DNA from: an uncultured Sphingomonadaceae bacterium
Lineage (GTDB): Bacteria; Pseudomonadota; Alphaproteobacteria; Sphingomonadales; Sphingomonadaceae
DNA: 64,000 nucleotides
NCBI GenBank assembly: GCA_938050045.1
Contig: CALLJS010000004.1
Span: forward strand, 7,434-71,433
Reading direction: 5' to 3'
The position numbers and the translations under genes are program-made. This document shows, one piece after another, positions 30,162-40,401 of this stretch. Under the pieces are notes generated by a model. It made no database searches and was not told the DNA's origin. It worked only from the letters and a program-made list of their open reading frames with translations. The stretch's first letter is position 1. Each line of letters opens with the position of its first letter.

Positions 30162-30955
30162 CAATTAGAACGATCCTAGTAGACGATGAAAAATTAGCGA
30201 TTCAAGGATTGCAACATAGGTTGGAAAAGTTTGATGATATAGAGATTATCGCAACCTGTTATAATGGCCGCGATGCCATTAGGCGGATTAAGACGCTCAA
30301 GCCTGATTTGGTGTTTTTGGATATTCAAATGCCCGGCTTTGATGGCTTTTCGGTCGTCGAAGGGGTGATGGATATAGAGCCGCCCTTATTTGTTTTTGCG
30401 ACCGCCTATTCAGAACATGCTATTCGTGCTTTTGAAGCGCAGGCTGTTGATTATCTTATGAAACCTATCGAAGAAGAACGGCTTGCCGATACTTTAGAAC
30501 GGGTGCGTTCTCGCATGGAAGATAAAAAAGTGAGCGAAGAAGTAGAGAAATTGCGCAACGTGCTTATCAGCATGGACCCCAATGTTGCGGATAGAATGAA
30601 TGAAAAAACCGATGAGCAAAGCAATTCGCGTTATGAAAAGCTCATCAATGTCAAGGACCGAGGCCAGATATTCAGAGTTGATGTCGATACTATCGAGCGG
30701 ATCGATGCAGCGGGTGATTATATGTGCATCTATACGGCCGATAACAGCCTTATATTGCGCGAGACGATGAAGGATTTGGAAAAACGCCTTGATCCGCGCA
30801 TATTTAAGCGCGTGCATCGCAGTGCGATTGTTAATTTAGATCAAGTAAGAGAGATTAAACCGCACACCAATGGCGAATGTTTTCTGATTTTGGAATCGGG
30901 TGCGCAAGTAAAAGTGAGCCGATCTTATCGCGATGTTGTGGCCCGCTTTATATGA
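30158..30955 (+). CDS. LytR/AlgR-family response regulator (REC + LytTR)
   Basis: REC domain (DLVFLDIQMPGFDG), C-terminal LytTR (HRSAIVNLDQV). ATGA overlap with the kinase gene. Confidence 0.9.
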   Translation: MTIRTILVDDEKLAIQGLQHRLEKFDDIEIIATCYNGRDAIRRIKTLKPDLVFLDIQMPGFDGFSVVEGVMDIEPPLFVFATAYSEHAIRAFEAQAVDYLMKPIEEERLADTLERVRSRMEDKKVSEEVEKLRNVLISMDPNVADRMNEKTDEQSNSRYEKLINVKDRGQIFRVDVDTIERIDAAGDYMCIYTADNSLILRETMKDLEKRLDPRIFKRVHRSAIVNLDQVREIKPHTNGECFLILESGAQVKVSRSYRDVVARFI

Positions 30956-30973
30956 CATCAGAATAATTTAAGT

Positions 30974-31429
30974 TCATCGCTGTTTTTGAAAAAATTTTCT
31001 AAGCAGCAATGCCGATTCTTCGGCGCGAAAACCGCTATATATCTCTGGCTTATGATGGATGGTGTTATGCGAAAATAGCAATGGGCCATGCTCTATCGCG
31101 CCGCCTTTGGGATCATCAGTGCCATAATATAATCTATCCAGCCGTGCATGCGCTATGGCCCCAGCGCACATGGCGCAAGGCTCTAATGTCACCCATAAAT
31201 CGCAACCATTCAGCCTCTCGCTGCCTAATTGTTTGGCGGCATCGCGGATAGCCAATATTTCGGCATGCGCGCATGGGTCGCTATCAATCAAAGTGCGATT
31301 ATGCGCTTGGCTGATTATCACATCCTCTTTCACTATGATTGCACCGACAGGAACTTCGCCCATTGCGCATGCTTGATTCGCAAGCGATAAGGCAGCATCC
31401 ATCCATTGTAAGGCTGTATCGATAGGCAT
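30974..31429 (-). CDS. tadA: tRNA adenosine(34) deaminase
   Basis: CMP/dCMP deaminase zinc motifs HAE and PCAMCAGA. Confidence 0.9.
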   Translation of the reverse strand: MPIDTALQWMDAALSLANQACAMGEVPVGAIIVKEDVIISQAHNRTLIDSDPCAHAEILAIRDAAKQLGSERLNGCDLWVTLEPCAMCAGAIAHARLDRLYYGTDDPKGGAIEHGPLLFSHNTIHHKPEIYSGFRAEESALLLRKFFQKQR

Positions 31430-31628
31430 ATCATTGCTATAGTTTACTTATCAGCCGCGCGCCATCCCTTTACGATAATATCATTTCTGGCCAATATTAT
31501 CATTTTTTAGGCAATAAAATTTCAAAATAGAAGATGAGGTTCTTGACCTTTTGATGAATCAAGGTTAGGTGCACGCATCATTGGGCATTTAATGCTTATT
31601 CACTCGTTTGAATATAGGAATTTATATC

Positions 31629-31913
31629 ATGTCGCGGATTTGCGAACTGACCGGTAAAGGTCGTTTAGTTGGAAATAATGTCAGCCATGCTAAGAATAGA
31701 ACACGTCGGACTTTTTTGCCAAATCTACAAAAAGTAACTTTAATGTCTGAAGCCTTAGAGCAAAGCTTCAAATTTCGTGTGTCTACCCAAGGTTTGCGCT
31801 CTGTTGAACATGTAGGCGGCCTTGATAATTGGCTTATCAAAACGTCAGACAGCAAATTAAGCGATCATGCCCGCAAAGTGAAAAAAGAGCTTGTTAAAAA
31901 AGTAGCAGCTTAA
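31629..31913 (+). CDS. rpmB: 50S ribosomal protein L28
   Basis: [34 protein letters not shown] is canonical L28. The ATG at 31629 has an AGGA RBS. The listed 31608 is an upstream TTG. Confidence 0.95.
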   Translation: MSRICELTGKGRLVGNNVSHAKNRTRRTFLPNLQKVTLMSEALEQSFKFRVSTQGLRSVEHVGGLDNWLIKTSDSKLSDHARKVKKELVKKVAA

Positions 31914-31928
31914 AATATTTTTCTAAGC

Positions 31929-32975
31929 CTATAAAGATTTGAAACCAGGTGAAATATCTTCATCTGGTTTTTTCTTATGGTTATTATATGTTTCGATCAG
32001 AGAAAATTTCATCAATATTGTGCGTTGGAATATATTGAAATTATTGTCTGAAATCATCCAGATAATAGTTTTTCCATTCTCTTGGGATAGGGTGATACCC
32101 TCAAAATTATCGACCAGCAGCGGCGGCTCTAATGTTGCAATCATTTGTCCCTTTATACTCTCACCAGCGATAATTTTTTCTGGATCTAATATGGTTAATT
32201 TCACGGTAAAGCCATTGGGAAAAGAGATACGGCGGTGTAATATGAGCAAATTGCCATCGGGTAATTGCACCGCATCTGTGACTTTATAGCCATCGGGTGG
32301 ATAATAGCCAAAGCTTGCGCTCGCGCTACCATCCACAGTAGGATCACCCGAAAATAAAATCGCTCCATAGCTGTCATCGGGCAGGTCATAGCCTTCGGAG
32401 AAGATAATGAAACGGCCATCTTTTAATCGTACAATGGCTTCTGCACCGCTGTTCGCTGACCAATTTTTCATCAGCGGTGGTTTAACAAAACGTTCGGTGC
32501 GCGCAAAAGATCGGCTAAAGCGGCGCACGGCGTTGCGAAATTCATAGGCGACCCAAAATCGACCGCTATCCGCATCATAAGCTATAGCCTCTGAATCTTT
32601 ATCGCGAAATGTTAATTTTTCGCCATTAGCTCCTGGTAAGGGGGCTAGAAATGGGCGATCCGCCGTATCATCACCGTTCAGCCCAAATCCTATCAATGTG
32701 CCTGCATCGCTGACGCCGATAAAACGCCCATCTTCGAGCCTGTTGAGGGCAGAAATACCGCCAAAATTAGGGTTTACGCTAGTCAATTCCCACGCATTTT
32801 CGAAAAATAAATGCCCTACTTTTTTTTGATTTGGATTTTCAGGGTTAAGCTCTAGCGGGATTAATGTGATGGTTGGATCAAAATTGGGCCGCGTGATGCG
32901 CGTGCCTACGACAGTGATAATCGCAATCACTGCAATCAAAATTAAAGTTTTTCCAACCTTAATTAAGCGGGGCAT
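31929..32975 (-). CDS. Esterase-like activity of phytase family protein (membrane-anchored or secreted)
   Basis: N-terminal TM anchor and beta-propeller-like repeats (GISAL, DSEAIAY, GFEGITL). The ATG at 32975 lies 1 nt after the upstream stop. Confidence 0.65.
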   Translation of the reverse strand: MPRLIKVGKTLILIAVIAIITVVGTRITRPNFDPTITLIPLELNPENPNQKKVGHLFFENAWELTSVNPNFGGISALNRLEDGRFIGVSDAGTLIGFGLNGDDTADRPFLAPLPGANGEKLTFRDKDSEAIAYDADSGRFWVAYEFRNAVRRFSRSFARTERFVKPPLMKNWSANSGAEAIVRLKDGRFIIFSEGYDLPDDSYGAILFSGDPTVDGSASASFGYYPPDGYKVTDAVQLPDGNLLILHRRISFPNGFTVKLTILDPEKIIAGESIKGQMIATLEPPLLVDNFEGITLSQENGKTIIWMISDNNFNIFQRTILMKFSLIETYNNHKKKPDEDISPGFKSL

Positions 32976-32976
32976 A

Positions 32977-33924
32977 TTAATATCCAAGGTCGAGATTAAC
33001 CTGAGGTTCGAGCGGCACGCCTTCACGGTAGCGATCCAAATTTTCCAAAAAACGATTGGCTGAACGGATGAACATTAAATTTTGCGCACGCCCAGATAAA
33101 TGCATGGAAATATGGGCATTATCGAGCGTCCATAATATATGATTGTCGGGCAGCGGCTCGGGCGATGTGACGTCCAAATGGGCCGCATGGATGGTGCGGT
33201 TTTGCAAAGCTTTCACCAGCGCATCTTGGTCTATCACGCTGCCGCGCGCGATGTTGACCAAAGACGCGCTATTTTTCATCGCATCAAGCTCAACCTTGCC
33301 GATCATAGCATTGGTCTCATCGGTAGCGGGAACCGCCAATATCACCCAATCATAATCGCCCAATTTTGCGCGCCATGCATCGGGGCCGATTTCATGCGCT
33401 GCCACTGGCGTGCGGCGGACAATATCCACCTCCATGCCAAAAGCTCTTAGGCGCGGCTCGATTAATTGCCCAATCGCACCATAGCCGAGCAGCAAGACTT
33501 TACCGCCCAGCAATTCCATTTTCCCTGGCGAATCTTGCAGCCATTGATGCTTTTGCGCGGCTTCAATCACCTTGCGATATTCTTTGGCGATATTGAGCAT
33601 CGCCATCACCACATATTCGGCAATTGTAATCGCATTAATACCCGCACCATTGGTCACTATAGTCCCGCGTTCTTTTAGCGCAGCCAGCGGCATACCATCA
33701 ACGCCCGCATAGATGCTATTGAGCCATTTGATGTTGCTCGCATGCGAAATAACGTCAAACATTTCCTGCTTATCATAGAGATCAACCCAAGCAATCTCTG
33801 CTTGCGGGGCAAATTCTATTGCTTCGTCTTTGGTCATAAACCAATGCGGCTCGACCCAATCGGGCAGGCGGTTTTCGAGCAATGGTTTGATGAGGTTCGA
33901 TAATAGAGCTGGGGTTTTGGTCAT
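32977..33924 (-). CDS. D-isomer-specific 2-hydroxyacid dehydrogenase family protein
   Basis: NAD motif LLLGYGAIGQ and catalytic region NIARG...D...H. The start at 33924 forms an ATGA overlap with the cysS stop. Confidence 0.85.
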   Translation of the reverse strand: MTKTPALLSNLIKPLLENRLPDWVEPHWFMTKDEAIEFAPQAEIAWVDLYDKQEMFDVISHASNIKWLNSIYAGVDGMPLAALKERGTIVTNGAGINAITIAEYVVMAMLNIAKEYRKVIEAAQKHQWLQDSPGKMELLGGKVLLLGYGAIGQLIEPRLRAFGMEVDIVRRTPVAAHEIGPDAWRAKLGDYDWVILAVPATDETNAMIGKVELDAMKNSASLVNIARGSVIDQDALVKALQNRTIHAAHLDVTSPEPLPDNHILWTLDNAHISMHLSGRAQNLMFIRSANRFLENLDRYREGVPLEPQVNLDLGY

Positions 33925-35363
33925 ATTTTCCAGTCCCAACCGAGCGGATCGCCATCCATCAGCTCTATACCTTGCGCATTTAGTTCATCGCGCAATGCAT
34001 CGGATACGGCAAAATCTTTATTGGCTTTGGCTTCTTTGCGCTGCGATAATTTTGTCTTGACCGCATTCGCTGTGATGCGCGCATCTTTGGGGCGGATGCG
34101 CAAATCGGTGCGCGAAAGCGCCATAAGGTTGAGGCCCAATACATTATCGATGATTTGGATCGCACCGAGCTTTTGCGCACTGTCTATTTTCTTCATGGAG
34201 ACCACATCATCCAATGCCGTGAGGGCGATGGATGTATTGAGATCATCGCAGATAGCAGCATCAAATTTCTGCATTGGCGCAGCTAGTTTTTGATGGACAG
34301 GTTCAGCAGGAATAATAGTCCTATCGATACGTTCCATCATCATCACAAGGCGTTTAAGGCGGGTGAAAGCGGCTGATAAATTATCCCAACTAAATTCAAG
34401 TTCGCTGCGGTAATGCGCCTGTAAACACATCATGCGGTACGCCAGCGGGTGAAAGCCTCTATCAATAAGCAATTGTAGGCGTAAAAATTCACCCGATGAT
34501 TTGGACATTTTACCGCCGCGTTCAACCAGAAAATTATTGTGCATCCACATTTGCGCACCGCTATGTTCGCAATTTCCATGCGCTTGGTTTTGAGCAATCT
34601 CATTGGGATGATGAATTTCGCGATGGTCAATCCCGCCGGTGTGAATATCAAACGGATGGCCCAGCAATTCCTTGCTCATCACGCTGCATTCTAAATGCCA
34701 ACCCGGTGCGCCTTTGCCCCATGGGCTGTCCCATTCCATCTGCCGTTTTTCGCCAGCAGGCGTCTTGCGCCAAATTGCGAAATCGGCGACATTACGTTTT
34801 TCGGCTACGTTTTCTATCCGGCCTTCGGCATCTTCTTCATCGCTTATTGCGCGTGCTAATGATCCATATTCTGGCACAGTAGTTGTATCAAAATAAAGCC
34901 CAGTTTCGCATTCATAACAATGTTTTTCGGCTATATCTTTACCCCATTCGATCATTGCTTCGACATAATCGGTGGCTTTAGGATGCTCTAATTTGCGAAT
35001 ATTTAATCGCTCTAAATCATTCTCAAAATCGGCCTGATAATAGGCGGCAATATCCCATGCCGATTTACCACTTTTTGTGGCCATTTTTTCCATCTTATCT
35101 TCGCCTTCATCAGCATCAGATGTCAAATGCCCGACATCGGTAATGTTAATGATATGCTTTAATTTATAGCCTTTATAGGATAAGGTGCGTCCCAAAGTAT
35201 CAGCAAAGACATAAGCCCGCATATTGCCAATATGTTGGTAATTATACACGGTCGGCCCGCACGTATAAACCCGCGCTTCACCATCGTGAATTGGAGCAAA
35301 TATCTCTGGCTGGCGACTTTGGCTATTGAATAGTATAAGCGGTTTTTTATCTTGAGAAGTCAT
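33921..35363 (-). CDS. cysS: Cysteine--tRNA ligase
   Basis: HIGNMR (HIGH) and KMSKS motifs, zinc-site residues. MTSQDKKPLILFNSQSRQ is a typical CysS N-terminus. Confidence 0.95.
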   Translation of the reverse strand: MTSQDKKPLILFNSQSRQPEIFAPIHDGEARVYTCGPTVYNYQHIGNMRAYVFADTLGRTLSYKGYKLKHIINITDVGHLTSDADEGEDKMEKMATKSGKSAWDIAAYYQADFENDLERLNIRKLEHPKATDYVEAMIEWGKDIAEKHCYECETGLYFDTTTVPEYGSLARAISDEEDAEGRIENVAEKRNVADFAIWRKTPAGEKRQMEWDSPWGKGAPGWHLECSVMSKELLGHPFDIHTGGIDHREIHHPNEIAQNQAHGNCEHSGAQMWMHNNFLVERGGKMSKSSGEFLRLQLLIDRGFHPLAYRMMCLQAHYRSELEFSWDNLSAAFTRLKRLVMMMERIDRTIIPAEPVHQKLAAPMQKFDAAICDDLNTSIALTALDDVVSMKKIDSAQKLGAIQIIDNVLGLNLMALSRTDLRIRPKDARITANAVKTKLSQRKEAKANKDFAVSDALRDELNAQGIELMDGDPLGWDWKI

Positions 35364-35408
35364 AGGTGATGCGATGCTGTAAAAAACACCATTGGTCAAG
35401 TTTAGATG

Positions 35409-36080
35409 CTAAAATCCGCGCCATTCTATCGCATCATCGATACCCACGCGCGCTACGGTGAAATTGTTAATCACCGCATCCGCATCGCGATATCCAATCG
35501 CCATACCGCAAAAGAAAATATGATCATCATCAATGCCGAGCAGCGTGCGCATATAAGTGCCATACATCGCCCATATTTCTTGCGCGCAGCTATCAAGCCC
35601 TTCTTCGCGCAGCATCAGCATGACCGTTTGCAGCCACATGCCCATATCGCTCCATTGGGGCGGCCCCATATATTTGGGGCAATAGGTGAACATTTGCACG
35701 GGCGCATCAAAGCTATCCCAATTTTTCATCATCTGCGCCATGCGGCCCATTTGATCGTCGCGTTTCAAATCAAGCGCATCAAACATGGCCTTGCCAACGC
35801 CGCGCCGTTGATCTTCGTAACGGCCTTCTAATCCCTTGGGGTAGATGGCATATTCATGGCCTTCGCCCATGGGAGCGGTTTTGGCTTTTTCTTTGATTTT
35901 TGCGGTCAGCTCGGCCAGCGGCTCGCCCGTTAATATAATCGCATTCCAGGGCTGGGTATTGCCGCCCGATGGGCTGCGCTGCGCGATTTCTAGCACGCGG
36001 CGCAATTTATCTGCCTCAACAGGTTTATCGATAAATTGGCGGATAGAACGGCGCGATGTTATGGCTTCACTTGTTTTCAT
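35409..36080 (-). CDS. Nitroreductase-family FMN oxidoreductase
   Basis: RRSIRQF...PSGGNTQPW motifs. Confidence 0.85.
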   Translation of the reverse strand: MKTSEAITSRRSIRQFIDKPVEADKLRRVLEIAQRSPSGGNTQPWNAIILTGEPLAELTAKIKEKAKTAPMGEGHEYAIYPKGLEGRYEDQRRGVGKAMFDALDLKRDDQMGRMAQMMKNWDSFDAPVQMFTYCPKYMGPPQWSDMGMWLQTVMLMLREEGLDSCAQEIWAMYGTYMRTLLGIDDDHIFFCGMAIGYRDADAVINNFTVARVGIDDAIEWRGF

Positions 36081-36586
36081 GCTTCTGGTTCAAATTCAAT
36101 TGCAATCACACTAGCTTCAACTGACCCAGCTTCCCATTCAGAAGGAACAGATTTAGCTGAATAAAAACTTCCTCTTTCATTCTGCCATATATATCCTGGA
36201 CGTAGAGGCTTATTATTTGATAGAGCAATACTACTGTCCTCAATGTATAATACAGGGCTGTACTCGACTTCATCTATGGCGTTACCGTCTTTGTCTTTAA
36301 AAATAATGCGGACCTCAACAGTATGAAGTGTTCTATCTCCATTATTTTTTATTTTGAAAGTAACTCCTGGAACGCGACCGTCCAATAAGCTATCCATATA
36401 CCTTGCATTAACATCATATATCTCAATATTTTTGATATATTTCATCTCATCGCTATCAATTGATGATATGTCGCTAGCATCTGCTTGAATATCTTGATTT
36501 AGACTAGTTTCTTCAGAGACACCATCAGACTTCTTGCAACCTGATAATACTAATGCGCTTATCAAAATAATATATTTGTATTTCAT
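36077..36586 (-). CDS. Lipoprotein of unknown function, compositionally AT-rich
   Basis: Lipobox LSGC after a hydrophobic signal. The gene is visibly more AT-rich than both flanks. ATGA overlap with the nitroreductase start. Confidence 0.6.
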   Translation of the reverse strand: MKYKYIILISALVLSGCKKSDGVSEETSLNQDIQADASDISSIDSDEMKYIKNIEIYDVNARYMDSLLDGRVPGVTFKIKNNGDRTLHTVEVRIIFKDKDGNAIDEVEYSPVLYIEDSSIALSNNKPLRPGYIWQNERGSFYSAKSVPSEWEAGSVEASVIAIEFEPEA

Positions 36587-36716
36587 ATTAAACCCCTTCT
36601 TTTATAACCCTGAAACAAGTATGGAATTACGATATTGTTACAGGCTGCTTTATTGTGAAGCAAGTATAGGATGACGTTAATATTATCCTAAAGACTTCAA
36701 AAATATCCTAGATCCT

Positions 36717-38537
36717 CTATTCCTCATCAAATAATCCAGCCAATTGCTCCATCATCGTACCGCCCAATTGTTCCGCATCCATAATCGTAACCGCGCGTTT
36801 ATAATAGCGCGTCACATCATGGCCGATACCAATGGCGATTAATTGCACGGGCGATCGCTTTTCGATCCAATCAATCGTCTCGCGCAAATGCTGCTCCAAA
36901 TAAGCCCCATTATTGATCGATAAAGTGCTGTCATCGACGGGCGCACCATCGGATATGACCATCATGATACGCCGTTCTTCGGGGCGGGCAACAATGCGGT
37001 TATGCGCCCATAACAGGGCCTCACCATCGATATTTTCTTTGAGCAATCCCTCGCGCATCATCAGGCCCAAATTGCGCCGAGCTCTCCGCCAAGGTTCATC
37101 GGCTTTTTTATAGATAATATGGCGCAAATCATTAAGCCGCCCAGGGTTTGGTGGCCGCCCAGCCTCTAGCCAGCTATCGCGCGATTGACCGCCTTTCCAT
37201 GCCCGGGTGGTAAAGCCCAGAATCTCGGTTTTAACGCCGCAACGTTCCAATGTACGCGCCATAATTTCCGCGCTAATCGCCGCGATAGAAATCGGCCGTC
37301 CGCGCATAGAGCCGCTATTATCGATTAGCAATGTCACCACCGTATCGCGAAAATCGGTATCGCGCTCGACCTTATAGGACAGCGATTGCCCCGGTGCGGT
37401 GACGATGCGCGATAGGCGCGCCGCATCAAGAATGCCTTCTTCTTGGTCAAAATCCCAACTGCGGTTTTGCTGCGCCATCAATCGGCGCTGCAGACGATTG
37501 GCGAGCTTTGTTACCGTGCCTTGCAAGCTTTCGATTTGGGTGTCGAGATATTTGCGCAACCGTTCTAATTCATCGGCATCGGCCAATTCCGCAGCTTCGA
37601 TAATCTCATCATGGTCATTGGTCCAAAATTTATAATCGCTCGGCGGCAAACCATCCCAATTACGGCGCTTGGGGGAAACGGGTTGCATGCCTTCGTCGCC
37701 CATATCGCCCTCTGACGCATCGCCATCGTCCATATCGCCTTCTTCGATGTCGCCTTGGCTTTCCTCGCCTTCGCCTTCTTGCTGCTCGGCCCGCGCATCG
37801 CTGTCCGATGCATCGCCCGATGCGTCTTGATCGCTCTCGCTCTCATCTTCATCTTGCGCATCGCTGCTGTCATCTTGCGCATCGCTATCGCTCTCATCGG
37901 GATGCGCATCGCCTTCGGTAAGCTCAAGATGCTCGAGCATGACCTGCGCTAATTGCGCAAAACCCTCTTGATCGTCCATCACATCGCCAAGCGCATCAAG
38001 GTCATCGCCCGCTTTTTCTTCTATCCAATCGCGCAACATATCAACGCCATCGGCTGCTTTATCGGGGACAGGCGCACCCGTAAGCCGCTCGCGGGCTATT
38101 AATTGCAATGCTGTGGATAATGGCACATCATCGCGGTTAATGGCGCGCGTGATGGGATCGGCGAGGAGTTTATTTTTGAGCGCATTTGTTAAATTATCGG
38201 ATACGCCCGCCATATCATTGCTGCCCAAGGCCTCAATACGGGCAGTTTCCAAGGCATCAAATACGGCCGCTGCCACAGCTTCGCTAGGGCGCGTGGAAAA
38301 ATGCACGGCTTCATCATGATGTTTGAGGCGTAATGAAAAACTATCGGCATAACCGCGCGCCAATGCGACTTGATCGGCGGGAAGATCGCGCTGCGGCATC
38401 GGTATTTTGAAATGATTGCCAGCCTGCATCGGTGTGTCGGCACTATAGGCCAATTCAACCTCTGCATCGTCGGATAATGCGCGCGATGCGCCCGTGAGAA
38501 CGGATTTGAAATCATCTAAAGTGGAACGATCTACCAT
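36717..38537 (-). CDS. cobT: CobT-like cobaltochelatase subunit (acidic linker plus vWA domain)
   Basis: Long Asp/Glu-rich central tract. C-terminal vWA MIDAS (LLIDNSGSM) and ISDGAP. Alphaproteobacterial CobT architecture. Confidence 0.85.
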   Translation of the reverse strand: MVDRSTLDDFKSVLTGASRALSDDAEVELAYSADTPMQAGNHFKIPMPQRDLPADQVALARGYADSFSLRLKHHDEAVHFSTRPSEAVAAAVFDALETARIEALGSNDMAGVSDNLTNALKNKLLADPITRAINRDDVPLSTALQLIARERLTGAPVPDKAADGVDMLRDWIEEKAGDDLDALGDVMDDQEGFAQLAQVMLEHLELTEGDAHPDESDSDAQDDSSDAQDEDESESDQDASGDASDSDARAEQQEGEGEESQGDIEEGDMDDGDASEGDMGDEGMQPVSPKRRNWDGLPPSDYKFWTNDHDEIIEAAELADADELERLRKYLDTQIESLQGTVTKLANRLQRRLMAQQNRSWDFDQEEGILDAARLSRIVTAPGQSLSYKVERDTDFRDTVVTLLIDNSGSMRGRPISIAAISAEIMARTLERCGVKTEILGFTTRAWKGGQSRDSWLEAGRPPNPGRLNDLRHIIYKKADEPWRRARRNLGLMMREGLLKENIDGEALLWAHNRIVARPEERRIMMVISDGAPVDDSTLSINNGAYLEQHLRETIDWIEKRSPVQLIAIGIGHDVTRYYKRAVTIMDAEQLGGTMMEQLAGLFDEE

Positions 38538-38630
38538 AATATATTGCAATAGCGGGGCAAGGGATCATAAATCAATGAATAATGTGAATTAATGCGACGC
38601 TGGAGCGTGAGTGACTGTTGGTGATTTTTT

Positions 38631-39752
38631 CTAAAGAGTATCAATTTTTTGAATATGATCGGCAACGCCATTTTCGATGGAATAACGCTGCGCTGTATCG
38701 CGCATAGATTGTGATGGTTGGGATGGTTTTTGCAATGCATCATGCATCATTTGCGCGATCGAGCCTGGGTCTTCATTTTCCAGTAGTGCACATCCAGCTA
38801 TGGGGCTGAGAATTTCGCGCGCTGCCAAAAAACAATCGGTTGAGAGAATAGGGCAATTACTAGCTAAGGCCTCTAAAATGACGGCGGGCAATCCTTCGTA
38901 GCGCGATGTCATGACATACAGGTCAGCCGCTTTCAGATAATCGCTCACATGCGGAGCAAAGCCTGGCATAGTTACCCGATCTTCGATGCCCAATATATGA
39001 ACCAATTTTTCGCAATCCCCTTTTAACGCGCCATCGCCCAATATGATTAAATGGCAGTTTTCAACCGTTAATTTTGCAAAGGATTGGATTAGCAATTCCA
39101 TATTTTTCTGCGGCTCAAAACGGCCTATGCTTACTATGATTTTATGGCCCTTTGGAATATTGGCGATGTTGGGTTTATGCTTTGATATTGCGAGCATTTG
39201 ATCGGTCACATAGGGGTTTATAACGCTTTGAAATTTATGCGCCGCGTTTGGAAAAATTTGTTTTAATTCCTTATTTTCTGCTTCGCTGAGCGTTAGCGTC
39301 AAATCGGCTTTTTCAAATGCTATTTTATACCCCCATTTGCGCAGCATGGCATAGAGGCCGCTATCGTCTTTTCGGACAATCGGATTGGTGGTTTTGAAGA
39401 TGACTTTGGCGTTGCTCTGGGATAATTTTGCAGCAAGCAAGCTGATCCAATTCATATTATTGCATGTCGAGAGCAAGAGGTCGGTGGGATTAGCTTTGAT
39501 CCATCTCACCGCTGTAGGAAGCAGGCGAAATATGTCTTTGGTGCGCGAAGATTGGCTATCCCCCAGATGGATAAATTTGACATTTTCATCCATCTGTTGG
39601 CGGTAGATATTTTCTGCGCTGCCATCGCGGCAAAAAAGCAAGAGCGTCACATCATAACCCGCCTTGGCCAAACCGCTAGCCAATAATGTAGCAACGCGAT
39701 CAATACCGCCATTATCAAGCCGATAATGCAAGAGCGCGATATGTTTCATCAC
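38631..39752 (-). CDS. GT4-family glycosyltransferase
   Basis: C-terminal E-x7-E region (SRYEGLPAVILEALASNCPILSTD). Confidence 0.85.
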   Translation of the reverse strand: MMKHIALLHYRLDNGGIDRVATLLASGLAKAGYDVTLLLFCRDGSAENIYRQQMDENVKFIHLGDSQSSRTKDIFRLLPTAVRWIKANPTDLLLSTCNNMNWISLLAAKLSQSNAKVIFKTTNPIVRKDDSGLYAMLRKWGYKIAFEKADLTLTLSEAENKELKQIFPNAAHKFQSVINPYVTDQMLAISKHKPNIANIPKGHKIIVSIGRFEPQKNMELLIQSFAKLTVENCHLIILGDGALKGDCEKLVHILGIEDRVTMPGFAPHVSDYLKAADLYVMTSRYEGLPAVILEALASNCPILSTDCFLAAREILSPIAGCALLENEDPGSIAQMMHDALQKPSQPSQSMRDTAQRYSIENGVADHIQKIDTL

Positions 39753-39767
39753 ACTATCATGCGCTTA

Positions 39768-40391
39768 TTATGGGTAAATAGGAAGATGGATAGCATAAAC
39801 GGTGAGCAATATTATCAAACCAGCGATAAGGCCTGCGGCGACATCGGATGGCCAATGCACGGCAAGATAGAGGCGGCTATAGGCAATGGATATGATCAGG
39901 GTGACGCATAATATTTGCAAAATAATATTGGGGGTCATGCCCATAAATTGCGGCATTAAAAAACCAAGCCATCCCAAGATGGTCATAGCCATCATACTGT
40001 GCACGCTTGGAAAGCTAGAGGTAAACATTTGCGGGGCATCGCTGCGCACCGTTGGGCGTTTTCTTTTGGCAGTTCTCTTGAGGATATGGCCAAGCAAACG
40101 GGCTGATAGCGCGGTGATTAAATAGCTGTGTAGAAATAATCTATCGCCTATTAATTCAGAAACCCCGATCATCAACAAGGTCATAATCACTAAAAATGTA
40201 TCCCCGCCCAATGCTGTGGTGTCGATCATTAAACGGCGCATTTTTGGGATTTGTGTCTTGGTTGAACCATCTTCATCGTGCATGAATTGCAAGATACGCA
40301 GGTCGTAATCATCGCATTTACCGCGACTCACTAATTGCATGATGATGATATAGAGTATGACCAATATGGCTAGAGAAAATAGCATGGTCAT
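39768..40391 (-). CDS. PAP2-family membrane phosphatase
   Basis: PAP2 motifs KRKRP, PSVHS and SRLYLAVHWPSDV, with multiple TM segments. Confidence 0.85.
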   Translation of the reverse strand: MTMLFSLAILVILYIIIMQLVSRGKCDDYDLRILQFMHDEDGSTKTQIPKMRRLMIDTTALGGDTFLVIMTLLMIGVSELIGDRLFLHSYLITALSARLLGHILKRTAKRKRPTVRSDAPQMFTSSFPSVHSMMAMTILGWLGFLMPQFMGMTPNIILQILCVTLIISIAYSRLYLAVHWPSDVAAGLIAGLIILLTVYAIHLPIYP

Positions 40392-40401
40392 AATTTATAA
40401 T

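Noticed and set aside
35406-35831. 141-aa plus-strand ORF opposite the nitroreductase gene
   Set aside because: It is the antisense of a gene with clear nitroreductase motifs. The product is His/Ile/Ala-rich and looks like nonsense.
37565-37952. ORFs with Met/Arg/Lys/Ala-rich repeats inside cobT
   Set aside because: They are out-of-frame or antisense readings of the acidic Asp/Glu-rich linker of CobT.
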